Positions 48,723 to 59,207 of a DNA stretch of 64,000 bases are shown here, in pieces; within the stretch, counting starts at the first letter, position 1, and each line of letters begins with the position of its first letter. The stretch lies in contig JANRJP010000044.1 of NCBI GenBank assembly GCA_033763905.1, positions 15,437 to 79,436 on the forward strand, written 5' to 3'. This DNA comes from Gemmatimonadaceae bacterium (GTDB lineage Bacteria > Gemmatimonadota > Gemmatimonadetes > Gemmatimonadales > Gemmatimonadaceae). A model generated the notes under the pieces. It did not search any database, had not been told where the DNA came from, and worked only from the letters and a program-made list of their open reading frames with translations. A program made the translations under genes and the position numbers.

Positions 48723-48813
48723 ACGCGAATCTGGCGCACCAAGCGGGAGCGGCACAAGCGCAACGCGCGCCCCCGCTGGCGTCCAGCGCGACGCGCGGCG
48801 AGTTTTGTGCGCG

Positions 48814-51717
48814 ATGCACTCTCTGTGGCGATGCACCGCACTGGTGATCGCGGCGCTCTCGATGGCAGTCCTCGTCCCCGACGCCGGGGCGCAAACGCCG
48901 CTCGACGCCGGTCGGATCGCCATCATCTACTCCGGACGGTCGCTCGGCGCGCTCGGCTCGCGCCGGTCGCAGGACGAGCACGAACTCCTCACCGAGCAGG
49001 CGCGGCAGGAGGGCCTCCCCTTCAAGCTCGTCAGCCATCGCGCGTGGCGGGCGCCGGGCATCACGATTTTCCTGCCCGGCACCGAGCCCGACGGCGACGA
49101 ACTCGAAGAGATCCTGGCACGCCGATCCGAGGCAGAACGGCTCACCGACGTGCCGGCGCTCGTGTCGAGCACCGGACTGTTGTTGCAGGATCCTTGGCGC
49201 CCCACGCCGGATCTGCTGGCGATGCTCAGGCGCAATCCGCGTTCCGCGACGGACTTCGCCGATCTGGCCGCGACGCAGGTGACGGTGTCTCGGCTGCGGA
49301 CCAGCCGCGACGATCGGGCCATTCTCGTCGAGGAAGCGGGCGCCGTCTGGCCTACCGATCTCGACGCGTGGACGTTCGGCGAAATGAACCGCGTCGACGT
49401 CGGTGACGCGCGGATCTTCGAACTCCCGCGCAAGCTCGGCGAGCTCGGCCCGCGTGCCACGCTCCTCCGGCAGATTCGCGAGGACTCGCTGCGCCCTGCG
49501 CGACTGACCATTCTAGCCGATCTCGGCCATCGCGATGGCGACCTGGGCGTCAAGCGCGCGGAGCGGTCGCGACTCGACTTCCTCGCGTTGCAGACACTGG
49601 GCTACCGCTTCGTCGTGCCCTTCGAGGCGGAGCTGGGGCTCGGCGTGTCCGAGCTGGCCAAGGTCGCGTCGGAGTTCTCGTCGATCACCCTGCTCGCCGC
49701 GAATGTGCGCACCACCGGCGCCAACGTCTTCCGCGCGTCGACCGTGGTCGAAGAGTACGGACTCCGGCTTGGCTTGATCGGCATCGTGCAACCGTCCGTC
49801 CGCGATCGGCTGCCGCGATCCGCGCTCGTGCAGTACCGGTTCGACGACCCCATCGACGCCGTGCGACGCGAGGTCGCACGGTTGCGTGAGCAGCGAGTCC
49901 AGGCCATCGTGGTGCTGTCGAATCTCGAGGTGGGCGATAACGCCCGAGTGGCCGAGTCGGTGCCGGGCATCGACGCGATCATCGCCGATATGCCGCTCCG
50001 GTCCAGTCCCGAGGCGATGCGGGTGCGCGTCGAGCTGCCGGATCGCCCGTTCGTCCGCCCAGGCGTGCCGGCCCTCGTCGCCCGCTCGGCGGCGAATGGC
50101 GCGCGGATTGGGCGCTTGGATCTCGAACTGCGTCGCTCGGCACCGGCCACCGCGCCCTGGGTTGCGGCGGTTGAGCACCGCACCTACGCCGTCACCGACG
50201 CCATCCCCGGCGACACGGCCGTCGTCCGCCGCATCCAGCAGCAGGGGTACCAGCTGGACGACGTGCGCGGCGAATTGCTGCTTCCCGCGTTCGGCGATCT
50301 GGTGGCGGTGGATTCGTCATTGGCCCTGACCGACAGCGCCACGCGACAGGGCCGGATTTCAAAGCCGATGTGGGAAGGCTTCCTCGCACGCCAGTTGCGC
50401 GTTCGTGGCAACGCCGAGGTCTCGGTGATTCGCCGACTCGACGAGTTCCCGCCGCTGATCGGCAAACTGCACGAGCGGGAAGTCGACGAGTGGCTGTGGA
50501 CCGAGGACGAGCTGGTACTCGCCGACGTCCCGGGCAGCGACCTGCGCCGCCTGTTGGCCACCGACACTCGCAACGAGCTCGCCACGAGTGGATTCGACCG
50601 CGCGACGGGCACCGTGCTGGGGCGGCGGATCGACGACGCGACGTTCTACCGGGTGGCCACGACCGATGTGCTGTTCGAAGGCTCGCGGGCCGGCTTCTTC
50701 GCGAAGGCCCGTCGTGTGCGGCGCAACTTCCGCGTGACCAAGGACGGCCTGCTGACCTCGGCGTCAGACGCTCGCGGGCTGTCGTTGCGCGATTTCATCT
50801 TCGGCGAACTGCAGCGCATTCGGCGGACCGTGCAGGGCGACGCCCAGGTCGCGGCCATCGCGGCGCGCTTCGCCCCCGACCCGCCGTTCGAGAATCTGCT
50901 GGCCTTCTCGTTCGAGCGCCCGACAGTGTGGGCATCGCTGAACGAGGTCAACGGCAACGCGGCATACAGCAACGTCCCCGAGAGCCGCGTCATCTCGCAG
51001 GACGCGTGGGTGATCGGGGCCAGCGGGCGCATCGTCGCGACCCACGAGCGGCGAGCGTCCGCGACGGATTTCGGGTTGGGCATCGCCTTCGGCGAACAGC
51101 ACCTGAAGACCGGCACCGGCACGTCCGTGATCGAGACCGCCGACGACATCAAGTTCGACCTGACGCTGCGGCCGTCGCTGCGCGGCGATGGCCCCACGTG
51201 GCAGCCCTTCGTTCGTGGTCTGTTCGATACCGAGTTCACCCCCACGGTGGACGCAAACGGCGGTCGCAACGCGCGGCAGTTGGCGCTGCGCGGCATCGGC
51301 GGACTCCTGCGCCGCCCGACGCCGACCATTCGCCGTGCTGAGGCGGCGCTGATCGTCGAAAACGACTTCGGGCGACCGAACGTGCAGTTCGGTGTGCAGT
51401 TACGCGCCGATCTCGCGCGCTCGTTCTCGGGACTGAGGCGCCGCGAAGTCGGCGGCGTCACCTACCGGATGTTCAACGATCTGACGTACCTGTTGCCCGC
51501 TCGACTCGACACCGATCAGAACCTGGCCTTGCGCTACAGCCAGATTCACGAGTTGACCGTACCATTGGTCGATGAGCTCTCGCTGACGGTGGCCGCCGAC
51601 CTCCTCCTGTTCCAAGGCAAGGTGGCGGCCACCCGCACGCCCGGCACCAGCGCGCTGCTGCGCGTCGGCCTCACGTACGACCGGCTCTGGAAGCCCCGCT
51701 ACCAGCCGTTCTTCTGA
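48814..51717 (+). CDS. Exported 5'-nucleotidase-like protein (degenerate) with probable C-terminal beta-barrel
   Basis: Signal peptide, LLAANV, GLRLGLIGIV, IVVLS, PGIDAII and IGRLDL, then RIDDATFYRVATTD (5'-nucleotidase C-domain-like) and amphipathic strands ending YQPFF. Confidence 0.6.
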   Translation: MHSLWRCTALVIAALSMAVLVPDAGAQTPLDAGRIAIIYSGRSLGALGSRRSQDEHELLTEQARQEGLPFKLVSHRAWRAPGITIFLPGTEPDGDELEEILARRSEAERLTDVPALVSSTGLLLQDPWRPTPDLLAMLRRNPRSATDFADLAATQVTVSRLRTSRDDRAILVEEAGAVWPTDLDAWTFGEMNRVDVGDARIFELPRKLGELGPRATLLRQIREDSLRPARLTILADLGHRDGDLGVKRAERSRLDFLALQTLGYRFVVPFEAELGLGVSELAKVASEFSSITLLAANVRTTGANVFRASTVVEEYGLRLGLIGIVQPSVRDRLPRSALVQYRFDDPIDAVRREVARLREQRVQAIVVLSNLEVGDNARVAESVPGIDAIIADMPLRSSPEAMRVRVELPDRPFVRPGVPALVARSAANGARIGRLDLELRRSAPATAPWVAAVEHRTYAVTDAIPGDTAVVRRIQQQGYQLDDVRGELLLPAFGDLVAVDSSLALTDSATRQGRISKPMWEGFLARQLRVRGNAEVSVIRRLDEFPPLIGKLHEREVDEWLWTEDELVLADVPGSDLRRLLATDTRNELATSGFDRATGTVLGRRIDDATFYRVATTDVLFEGSRAGFFAKARRVRRNFRVTKDGLLTSASDARGLSLRDFIFGELQRIRRTVQGDAQVAAIAARFAPDPPFENLLAFSFERPTVWASLNEVNGNAAYSNVPESRVISQDAWVIGASGRIVATHERRASATDFGLGIAFGEQHLKTGTGTSVIETADDIKFDLTLRPSLRGDGPTWQPFVRGLFDTEFTPTVDANGGRNARQLALRGIGGLLRRPTPTIRRAEAALIVENDFGRPNVQFGVQLRADLARSFSGLRRREVGGVTYRMFNDLTYLLPARLDTDQNLALRYSQIHELTVPLVDELSLTVAADLLLFQGKVAATRTPGTSALLRVGLTYDRLWKPRYQPFF

Positions 51718-51728
51718 CCCCTGCTCCC

Positions 51729-54347
51729 GTGAAGCGAATGACGGCTGGCCTGCGCCGCGCGGCGTGCGCGGCGGTTTCGTGTGTCCTGCTCGCACTGCCG
51801 CCGTCGGTCGGCGCCCAGGCGCGCTCCGCGCCGCCGATGCAGGTGGACCGGGCCGGCGTGATGCGATGGACGGCCACCGGTGAGGAGGTCGCGCTGTTCG
51901 GCGTGAATTACGCGGCGCCCTTCGCCTTCGACTACCGCGCCATCACCGCGCGCGGCATCGATCCGAAGCGGGCGATCGACCAGGATGTGGCGCACTTGGC
52001 GCGGCTTGGGCTCGACGCCTTCCGCATTCACGTCTGGGATCGCGAGGTCAGTGATCGCGAGGGCAATCTGCTCGCGAACGTGCATCTGGACCTGCTGGAC
52101 TATCTGCTGCATCGCTTGGCCGAGCGCGGCATCAAGTCGATCCTCACGCCGATCGCGTGGTGGGGGTCGGGCTACCCCGAACCGGATCCGGTCTCGCCGG
52201 GATTCTCGAACGGCTATTCCAAGGAAGCGCTGAGCGTCGACACCAGCGCCCGCAAGGCGCAGGCGCGGTACGTCGCGCAGTTCGTCGCGCACGTGAATCC
52301 CTACACGCGGCGCAGCTACCGCGACGACCCCGATATCATTGCCTTCGAGGTCATCAACGAGCCGTTCCACGCCGGCACGCCTGAGGAAACGACCCGCTAC
52401 ATCAACACGATGGTCGCGTCGATGCGCGGTGCGGGTGTCACCAAGCCGATCTTCTACAACATCAGCGAGCGCTACTTCGACGCGCACGGGCGCGCGGTGT
52501 GCTCGGCGAACGTCCAAGGCGTGACCGCGCAGTGGTATCCGACCGGCCTCGTGCGGGGTCGGACGCTGCCCGGCAATCCGTTGCCGAACGTGAATCGGTA
52601 CGTGCTGCCTTGGGCCGACTTTCCGGAGTGTCGGGGGAAGGCGCGGATGGTGTACGAGTTCGACGGCGCCGACGTGGCCCTGCCGGTGATGTATCCCGCG
52701 ATGGCCCGCGCCTTCCGCGGCGCGGGCTTCCAGTGGGCGACGCAGTTCGCCTACGACCCGCTGGCGATCGCGCACACCAACACCGAGTACCAGACGCACT
52801 ACGTCAACCTGGTGTATACCCCCGCGAAGGCGGTCAGCCTGCTGATTGCGGGCGAAGTCTTCCGCCGCACGGCACGCGGCACCGACGCGGGCGAGTACCC
52901 GAAGAGCGAGCGCTTCGGCCCCTTCCGCACGTCGTACCAGCACGGCGGCAGCGAAGTGGCCACCGACAGCCTGTTCGCCTACTCGGTATCCACCAACACC
53001 GCCCCGCCGAATCCTGCGGCGCTGACGCGCGTGGCGGGCGTGGGCAAGTCGCGCGTCGTCTCGTATGACGGCACCGGCGCCTACTTCCTGGATCGGTTGG
53101 CCGACGGCGTGTGGCGTCTCGAGGTGTATCCGGATGCCGTCCCGGTGGAGGATCCGTTCTCGCGCGGTGGGCTCGACCGCACCGTGACGCGCCTCTACTG
53201 GCGCGAGCACGCGATGCGCCTGACGATGCCGAATCTGGGCAGCGACTTCTCGGTCACTCCGCTCAATGCGGGCAATGCACATCGGCCGGTCGTGACCGAC
53301 GGCCGAACGACCGTGAGGCCGGGCGTGTACCTCCTGGCGCGCGCGGGCACGTCGGGCGCGGGATGGACGGCGGATCGCCGCATAGGCTATCGGACGCTGG
53401 GCGAGTTCCACGCGCCGTCGGCAATGACCGGCCCGCCGGTCGCGCGGCACGAGCCGCCCGCGAGCGTCAGCGCCGGCGACGCCGTGGCGATCCGCTCGAC
53501 CGTGGCGCTCGATGCCCCGATCGACTCGGCCTTCGCCTACGTTCGCTGGGCGGGATGGCGCGGCTTCAAACCGCCCGTGCGGCTTCGCGTCACGGATCCC
53601 TACACCGTGGAAGGCGAGCTTCCGGTCGGCACCGATCGCACCGGCGTGCTGGAGTACGCGATGACGGTACACAGCGCCGGCACCGTGCGCACGTTTCCCG
53701 AGGGCAACACGACATTGCCCACCGCGTGGGACTTCGGCGGTGAGACGTGGAGCACCCGCGTCGTGCCCTCGGACGCCGAGGTCGTGCTGTTCGATGCCGA
53801 TCGAGACCGTGCGTGGGTCGTAGAGCCGGGGTATATGCAGGGGGTGCGGAGCCACAGCGACTGGACGGCGGCGGATTCACCAGAGCAACTCGCGTGGAGC
53901 GTCGGTGTCGACGCGTACGGACCGCAGGCGACGCACGTGGCGTTCCGCACGATGGCCAGTCCATCGGTCATTCACCGTACGGGCACCGCAGGCACTGGTG
54001 GGACGCTGCTCGTTCGGGCGCGGGCCGTGGGGAGCGCCGACGCGTCGGTCGAGCTCGCCCTCATTCAACGCGACGCCTCCGCCTGGGGCGCTCGGCTGGC
54101 GCTGACCAGCGAATGGCGTGAGATCGCCGTACCCTTGGAGACGCTGAGGCGGCTACCGCTTGTGTTGCTGCCTCGTCCCTTCCCGGGATTTCTTCCCTAC
54201 GACCTGATGGCCACGTCATCGGCGACCGCCGCCGACCTCCGACTCTTCGAAGGCCTCCAGTGGGGCTTTCCCAAGCCGAGCGGCGCTGATCGCGCCGTGC
54301 GGGTCGAGATCGCCTCGGTCGTCCTGCGGCCGACGCCTCCGAAGTGA
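51729..54347 (+). CDS. Secreted clan GH-A (GH5-like) glycoside hydrolase with C-terminal accessory domains
   Basis: LFGVNY, DAFRIHVWD, HVNPYT, FEVINEP (acid/base) and VYEFD (nucleophile). Confidence 0.75.
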   Translation: MKRMTAGLRRAACAAVSCVLLALPPSVGAQARSAPPMQVDRAGVMRWTATGEEVALFGVNYAAPFAFDYRAITARGIDPKRAIDQDVAHLARLGLDAFRIHVWDREVSDREGNLLANVHLDLLDYLLHRLAERGIKSILTPIAWWGSGYPEPDPVSPGFSNGYSKEALSVDTSARKAQARYVAQFVAHVNPYTRRSYRDDPDIIAFEVINEPFHAGTPEETTRYINTMVASMRGAGVTKPIFYNISERYFDAHGRAVCSANVQGVTAQWYPTGLVRGRTLPGNPLPNVNRYVLPWADFPECRGKARMVYEFDGADVALPVMYPAMARAFRGAGFQWATQFAYDPLAIAHTNTEYQTHYVNLVYTPAKAVSLLIAGEVFRRTARGTDAGEYPKSERFGPFRTSYQHGGSEVATDSLFAYSVSTNTAPPNPAALTRVAGVGKSRVVSYDGTGAYFLDRLADGVWRLEVYPDAVPVEDPFSRGGLDRTVTRLYWREHAMRLTMPNLGSDFSVTPLNAGNAHRPVVTDGRTTVRPGVYLLARAGTSGAGWTADRRIGYRTLGEFHAPSAMTGPPVARHEPPASVSAGDAVAIRSTVALDAPIDSAFAYVRWAGWRGFKPPVRLRVTDPYTVEGELPVGTDRTGVLEYAMTVHSAGTVRTFPEGNTTLPTAWDFGGETWSTRVVPSDAEVVLFDADRDRAWVVEPGYMQGVRSHSDWTAADSPEQLAWSVGVDAYGPQATHVAFRTMASPSVIHRTGTAGTGGTLLVRARAVGSADASVELALIQRDASAWGARLALTSEWREIAVPLETLRRLPLVLLPRPFPGFLPYDLMATSSATAADLRLFEGLQWGFPKPSGADRAVRVEIASVVLRPTPPK

Positions 54348-56956
54348 GCGAAATCGATCGCCGCGACTTCGTCTCGCGGCTCGCTGTCGCGGGCGGCGCG
54401 CTCGCGCTATGGCCCGACGGGCTGTCGACGGCCGAGACCGCGCGCTCCGCGACGGTGCGGCGACTCAGCGACGGTTGGCGGTTTCTCCGGGGCAGCGCAC
54501 CTGCTGACGCCGCGCAGGTCGCGTTTGATGATCGGACGTGGGAACGCGTCACGTTGCCACACACCGCACGCGTGGAAGCGGTGGTCACCGGCCCACCCGG
54601 CAGCGACACCGCGCAGTGGCAAGGCATCTGCTGGTATCGGCGAACGCTCAGTGTGCCCGTGGTGGAACCGGGCCAACGTGTCTGGCTCCGGTTCGGCGGC
54701 GCGATGAACGTCGCGGACGTGTTCGTCGACGGTGTGCGGGTCGCTGAACACCTGGGCGGCTTCACGCCGTTCGTCGTCGACATCACCGAGCAGGTGACGC
54801 CCGGACGCGATGCGGTGCTCGCGGTACGGCTCGACAACACGGACAACGCCGTCACGGGTCCGAAACCGCTGGCCGATCTCGACTTCAACACGTATGGCGG
54901 GCTCTACCGCCACGTCGAGGTGGTGGTCAAACCCTCGCTGCATATCACTGATCCGCAGCTCGCGAATCTTCCCGGCAGCGGCGGCGTACTCGTGACCGTC
55001 CCCGCGGCCTCGCGCGAGCAGGCGACGGTGCGCGTCCAGGTCCACGTCGCGAATCGTGCAGTGCGCTCGCGCGGCGCGACGCTGCGGCTCCGCCTGCTCG
55101 ACGCGACCGGTCGGCTCGTCGCGGAGCAGCTGGGCGTCGCCGCCGACATCACACCGAACGGCGTCGCGACCTTGACCGGCGCGCTCGACGTCAGCCGACC
55201 CGCCTTGTGGTCGCCCCGCAGCCCGTCGTTGTACACGCTGCACGTGGCGCTGCTCGACCGCGGGTCCGTCGTAGACGCCGAGTCGCTCCGTGTGGGCATC
55301 CGCCGCTTTGCGATCGATGCCGGCGGGCTCCGCATCAACGGTGAACCCACGTTCTTGCGCGGCACCAACCGGCATCAGGAGTATCCGTACATCGGCTACG
55401 CGCTGTCCGACGACGCGCAGTATCGCGATGCCAAGCTCATCAAGGACGCCGGGTTCGACTACATCCGGCTATCGCATTACCTGCACGCGCCCGCCTTTAT
55501 GGACGCCTGCGACGAGCTGGGGCTCGTGGTCATGAACTGCATTCCGGGCTGGCAGTACTTCAACCGGACCGATCCGCGCTTCACCGAGCTGCAGTACGAG
55601 AACATTCGCGCGATGATCCGCCGCGACCGCAATCACGCCTGCGTGTTGCTGTGGGAGACGTCGCTCAACGAGACCGAAATGCCGGCGGCGTTCATCGAAC
55701 GGTCGCACGCGATCGGACACGAGGAACTGCCGGGAGACCAGTGCTTCACCTGCGGGTGGAGCCGCGGCTACGACGTCTTCATTCAGGCGCGCCAGCACGG
55801 CGGCTGCGTGGGCGTCACCGATGTCCCCTGCGTGGTGAGTGAATACGGCGACTGGGAGTACTACGCGCAGAACGCCGGCCTCAATCAGACCGCGTGGGCC
55901 AACCTTGCGCCTGACGCCGCCAACAGCCGACAACTCCGGTGGCACGGCGAGGCGCGCCTGCTCCAGCAAGCGACCAACTTCCAGGAAGCCCACAACGACA
56001 ATCGCAAGACGACGGCCTTCGCCGACGGCCTCTGGGTGATGTTCGACTACAACCGGGGCTATGCACCGGACATCGAGTCGTCGGGGTGCGCCGATCTCTT
56101 CCGCTTGCCCAAGCCGTCCTACCACTTCTTCCGGAGCCAGCGCGACGCGACAGAGCCGGCGGGCCCGATGGTACACATCGCGTGGACCGGCGAGCATTCC
56201 ACGCCACGGTCCGTGCGCGTCTTCAGCAACAGCGACGAGGTCGAACTGCTGGTGGACGGTCGGTTGATTGGTCGGCAACGGCCGGACCGCGATCGCCTCT
56301 CCACGCATCTGGCGCACCCGCCCTTCACCTTCACGCTCGCTGGCGGCACGGTCGGCGCCATCGAGGCCGTCGGGTATGTCGGGGGAGCGGCTGTCGCGCG
56401 CCACGCCGTCCGCACGCCGGGCCGGGCCACGCAGCTCACGTTGCGCACGGATCTTCAGGGACGCCCCTTCGGCGCGGCGGGCAAGGACGCGGTCTTCCTG
56501 CACGCGGAACTGCGCGATGCGGCGGGGACGCTCGTGACCTCGGCGTGGGAGAACGTCGCGTTCGGCAGCATTGGCCAGGTCGCGGTGATCGGTGCCAACC
56601 CGTTCAGCACCGACGCCGGAGTTGCGAGTGCCCTGCTCGCCACCGAACGCCGGCGTCCACGCGGCGCGGCGTATGCCCTCGCGCTGGTAAAGCACGAGGG
56701 GGCGTGGCACGTGCTCAGCGCCGCACTCGGCATCGCCGTCTCCGCACCAGCGGCCGAGGTCCGGGTGACGACGGACGGCTCCACCCCGACCGCAGCGTCA
56801 CCGCGGCTCCGTGGGTCACGACTTGCAATGACCGGTGATCGCGTGCCGCCGCGGGCTTCGCTCTTCGTAGGACGCGAGCTCGTCGCGACACTGGACGCCA
56901 ATCACCCACGCTTCCACGTGGCCGGCAGCACGGCGCCGGTGTCCCCAGGCAAATGA
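54344..56956 (+). CDS. GH2 glycoside hydrolase (beta-galactosidase-like), Tat signal
   Basis: DRRDFV, HLGGFTPF, YGGLYRHV, GTNRHQEYP, IRLSHY, RDRNHACVLLWETSLNE, VSEYG and VFSNSDEVEL. Confidence 0.9.
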   Translation: MSEIDRRDFVSRLAVAGGALALWPDGLSTAETARSATVRRLSDGWRFLRGSAPADAAQVAFDDRTWERVTLPHTARVEAVVTGPPGSDTAQWQGICWYRRTLSVPVVEPGQRVWLRFGGAMNVADVFVDGVRVAEHLGGFTPFVVDITEQVTPGRDAVLAVRLDNTDNAVTGPKPLADLDFNTYGGLYRHVEVVVKPSLHITDPQLANLPGSGGVLVTVPAASREQATVRVQVHVANRAVRSRGATLRLRLLDATGRLVAEQLGVAADITPNGVATLTGALDVSRPALWSPRSPSLYTLHVALLDRGSVVDAESLRVGIRRFAIDAGGLRINGEPTFLRGTNRHQEYPYIGYALSDDAQYRDAKLIKDAGFDYIRLSHYLHAPAFMDACDELGLVVMNCIPGWQYFNRTDPRFTELQYENIRAMIRRDRNHACVLLWETSLNETEMPAAFIERSHAIGHEELPGDQCFTCGWSRGYDVFIQARQHGGCVGVTDVPCVVSEYGDWEYYAQNAGLNQTAWANLAPDAANSRQLRWHGEARLLQQATNFQEAHNDNRKTTAFADGLWVMFDYNRGYAPDIESSGCADLFRLPKPSYHFFRSQRDATEPAGPMVHIAWTGEHSTPRSVRVFSNSDEVELLVDGRLIGRQRPDRDRLSTHLAHPPFTFTLAGGTVGAIEAVGYVGGAAVARHAVRTPGRATQLTLRTDLQGRPFGAAGKDAVFLHAELRDAAGTLVTSAWENVAFGSIGQVAVIGANPFSTDAGVASALLATERRRPRGAAYALALVKHEGAWHVLSAALGIAVSAPAAEVRVTTDGSTPTAASPRLRGSRLAMTGDRVPPRASLFVGRELVATLDANHPRFHVAGSTAPVSPGK

Positions 56957-58140
56957 TCACACCCAGGACGCTTCCCGCGACGGCGCGCGCCGCTATCGCG
57001 GCCTTCACGGCGCAGTTCGGCACCACACCGACGTGGCTCATCCGCGCCCCGGGACGCGTCAACCTGATCGGCGAACACACCGACTACAACGACGGGTTCG
57101 TGCTGCCGCTGGCGATCGACCGCGCCGTGTGGATCGCCCTCCGGCCTCGCGATGATGCACGCGTCAACGTCTTCGCGGTCGACAAGGCGGAGCGCGGAAC
57201 GATCGACCTGCGCCACTTCGCACGCGGCGGCCCGTCGTGGCTCGAGTACCTGCGCGGCTCGGCGTGGGCCCTGGCCGAGAGCGGCGCGGCGCTGGTCGGC
57301 TGGGACGGCGCGATGGCGGGCGATGTCCCGCTGGGCGCGGGTCTGTCGTCCAGTGCCGCGGTGGAGCTCGCGACGCTCCGCGCCTTGACCACCACCAGCC
57401 AGCTGCCGTGGTCACCCGCCACGATGGCCACGCTCGGCCAGCGCGCCGAGAATCGTTGGGTCGGCGTGAACTGCGGCATTATGGATCAAATGATCTCGGC
57501 GGCCGGCGAGGCCGATCACGCCTTGCTGATCGACTGCCGTTCGTTGGCGCTCACGTCGGTGCCGCTACCCGCCGGGTACGTCGTAGTGGTGATGGACACC
57601 GGTACGCGGCGCGGGCTCGTCGACTCCGCGTACAACGAGCGCCGACACCAGTGCGAGGCCGCTGCCCGGCACTTCGGTGTGACCGCGCTCCGCGACATCA
57701 CCGAGGCGACGTTCGGCACACAGGCCGACGCCCTCGACCCACTCACGCGCCGACGCGCACGCCACGTCATCACCGAGAACGCGCGCACGGTCGCGGCCGC
57801 CGAGCGGTTGCGTGCTGGCGACGCGGCGGCCGTCGGCGCGCTGATGGACGCCAGCCACCAGAGTCTGCGCGACGATTTCGAGGTGTCGAGCCCCGCGCTC
57901 AACCAGATCGTCGAGATCGCTCGCCGTCAGCCCGGCTGCGTCGGGGCGCGAATGACCGGGGCTGGCTTCGGTGGCTGCGCCGTCGCGCTCGTCGAAGCGG
58001 CGGCGGCGTCCGCGTTCACCGCTCGCGTCGACGCCGAGTATCGCGCGTCCACCTCGTGGACGCCGTCGCTGTACGTCACCACCGCGCAGGCCGGGGCGTC
58101 GGCGCACGGACTCGGCGGCCTGCCTGCCGCGCACCCGTGA
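56953..58140 (+). CDS. galK: Galactokinase
   Basis: APGRVNLIGEHTDYNDG, GAGLSSSAA, CGIMDQ and GARMTGAGFGG. Confidence 0.96.
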   Translation: MITPRTLPATARAAIAAFTAQFGTTPTWLIRAPGRVNLIGEHTDYNDGFVLPLAIDRAVWIALRPRDDARVNVFAVDKAERGTIDLRHFARGGPSWLEYLRGSAWALAESGAALVGWDGAMAGDVPLGAGLSSSAAVELATLRALTTTSQLPWSPATMATLGQRAENRWVGVNCGIMDQMISAAGEADHALLIDCRSLALTSVPLPAGYVVVVMDTGTRRGLVDSAYNERRHQCEAAARHFGVTALRDITEATFGTQADALDPLTRRRARHVITENARTVAAAERLRAGDAAAVGALMDASHQSLRDDFEVSSPALNQIVEIARRQPGCVGARMTGAGFGGCAVALVEAAAASAFTARVDAEYRASTSWTPSLYVTTAQAGASAHGLGGLPAAHP

Positions 58141-59207
58141 CGCCAACGACGGACGAACGCGAGCCGGAGATCGCGCCGCTCGGCGTTCGCGCCGGAGACG
58201 ACGAGTTGCTCGTCGCGACGATCCGAGCGCCCGGTGGCTTCCGGATGTCGGTGCTCAATCTGGGGGGCGTGGTCTGGCGGCTCGACGTCCCCGACCGATA
58301 TGGCGTCAGCGCCGACGTGGTTTTGGGCTACGACGATCCCGCCGCGTACCTGACGGACCCGTTCTGCTTCGGCGGCATCGTCGGGCGCTTTGCCAACCGC
58401 ATCACCAAGGCATCGTTCCCCTTGGACGGACGCACAGTGCGCGTGACCGCGAACGCGGGCGAGCACCATCTGCACGGCGGAGAACAGGGCTTTCATCGCA
58501 AGTGCTGGGCGATGCATCCCTTCGTTCGGCCGGGCGCTCGCGGGGTCACGCTGCGCACCACCAGCCCGCACCTCGACGAAGGATTCCCGGGGACGCTGCA
58601 GGTCGAGGTGACCTACACCGTGACCGACGCGCACGAATGGATCGTCGAGTATCGAGCCACGACCGATGCACCGACGGTCGTGAACCTGACGCAGCACAGC
58701 TATTTCAATCTCGGGCGCTCGGCGCATATTCGCGACCATTCGCTGCGGATCGACGCCGACGCCTATCTGCCGGTGACGCCCGAGCAGCTGCCCACCGGTG
58801 AACGCCGTCTCGTGGACGGGACGCGGTACGATCTGCGCAGCCCTCGCTCACTCGGCGCGATCCTCGGTGCCCCGGAGCACCCCGCTGAGGGTGTCGACCA
58901 CAGCTTTGTCCTCCGCGCGAACGAGGCAGCCGCGGTGCTGTCTGCGGCAGACACCGGCCGCGTGCTGACGGTGCGCACGACGATGCCCAGCGTGCACTGC
59001 TACACGGCGAACTACGTGAGAGACGCGGCGGGCAAAGGCGGCGCGCGCTACGCCCCGCACTGCGGCGTGTGCCTCGAGGCACAGTACTTTCCCGACTCGC
59101 CCAACCAGCCGACGTTCCCGTCGACGGTCGTCCGCCCCGGGACGCCCTTCGCCGAGACTACCACCTTTGCCTTCGGCATCGCCCCCGGGACTCCAGATGA
59201 CGCCTGA
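58137..59207 (+). CDS. galM: Aldose 1-epimerase
   Basis: [33 protein letters not shown] and [12 protein letters not shown]. Confidence 0.93.
   Translation: MTPTTDEREPEIAPLGVRAGDDELLVATIRAPGGFRMSVLNLGGVVWRLDVPDRYGVSADVVLGYDDPAAYLTDPFCFGGIVGRFANRITKASFPLDGRTVRVTANAGEHHLHGGEQGFHRKCWAMHPFVRPGARGVTLRTTSPHLDEGFPGTLQVEVTYTVTDAHEWIVEYRATTDAPTVVNLTQHSYFNLGRSAHIRDHSLRIDADAYLPVTPEQLPTGERRLVDGTRYDLRSPRSLGAILGAPEHPAEGVDHSFVLRANEAAAVLSAADTGRVLTVRTTMPSVHCYTANYVRDAAGKGGARYAPHCGVCLEAQYFPDSPNQPTFPSTVVRPGTPFAETTTFAFGIAPGTPDDA

Noticed and set aside
40095..48813. Mobile element or prophage boundaries around the YcaO block
   Set aside because: No integrase, transposase, tRNA or terminal repeats were seen.
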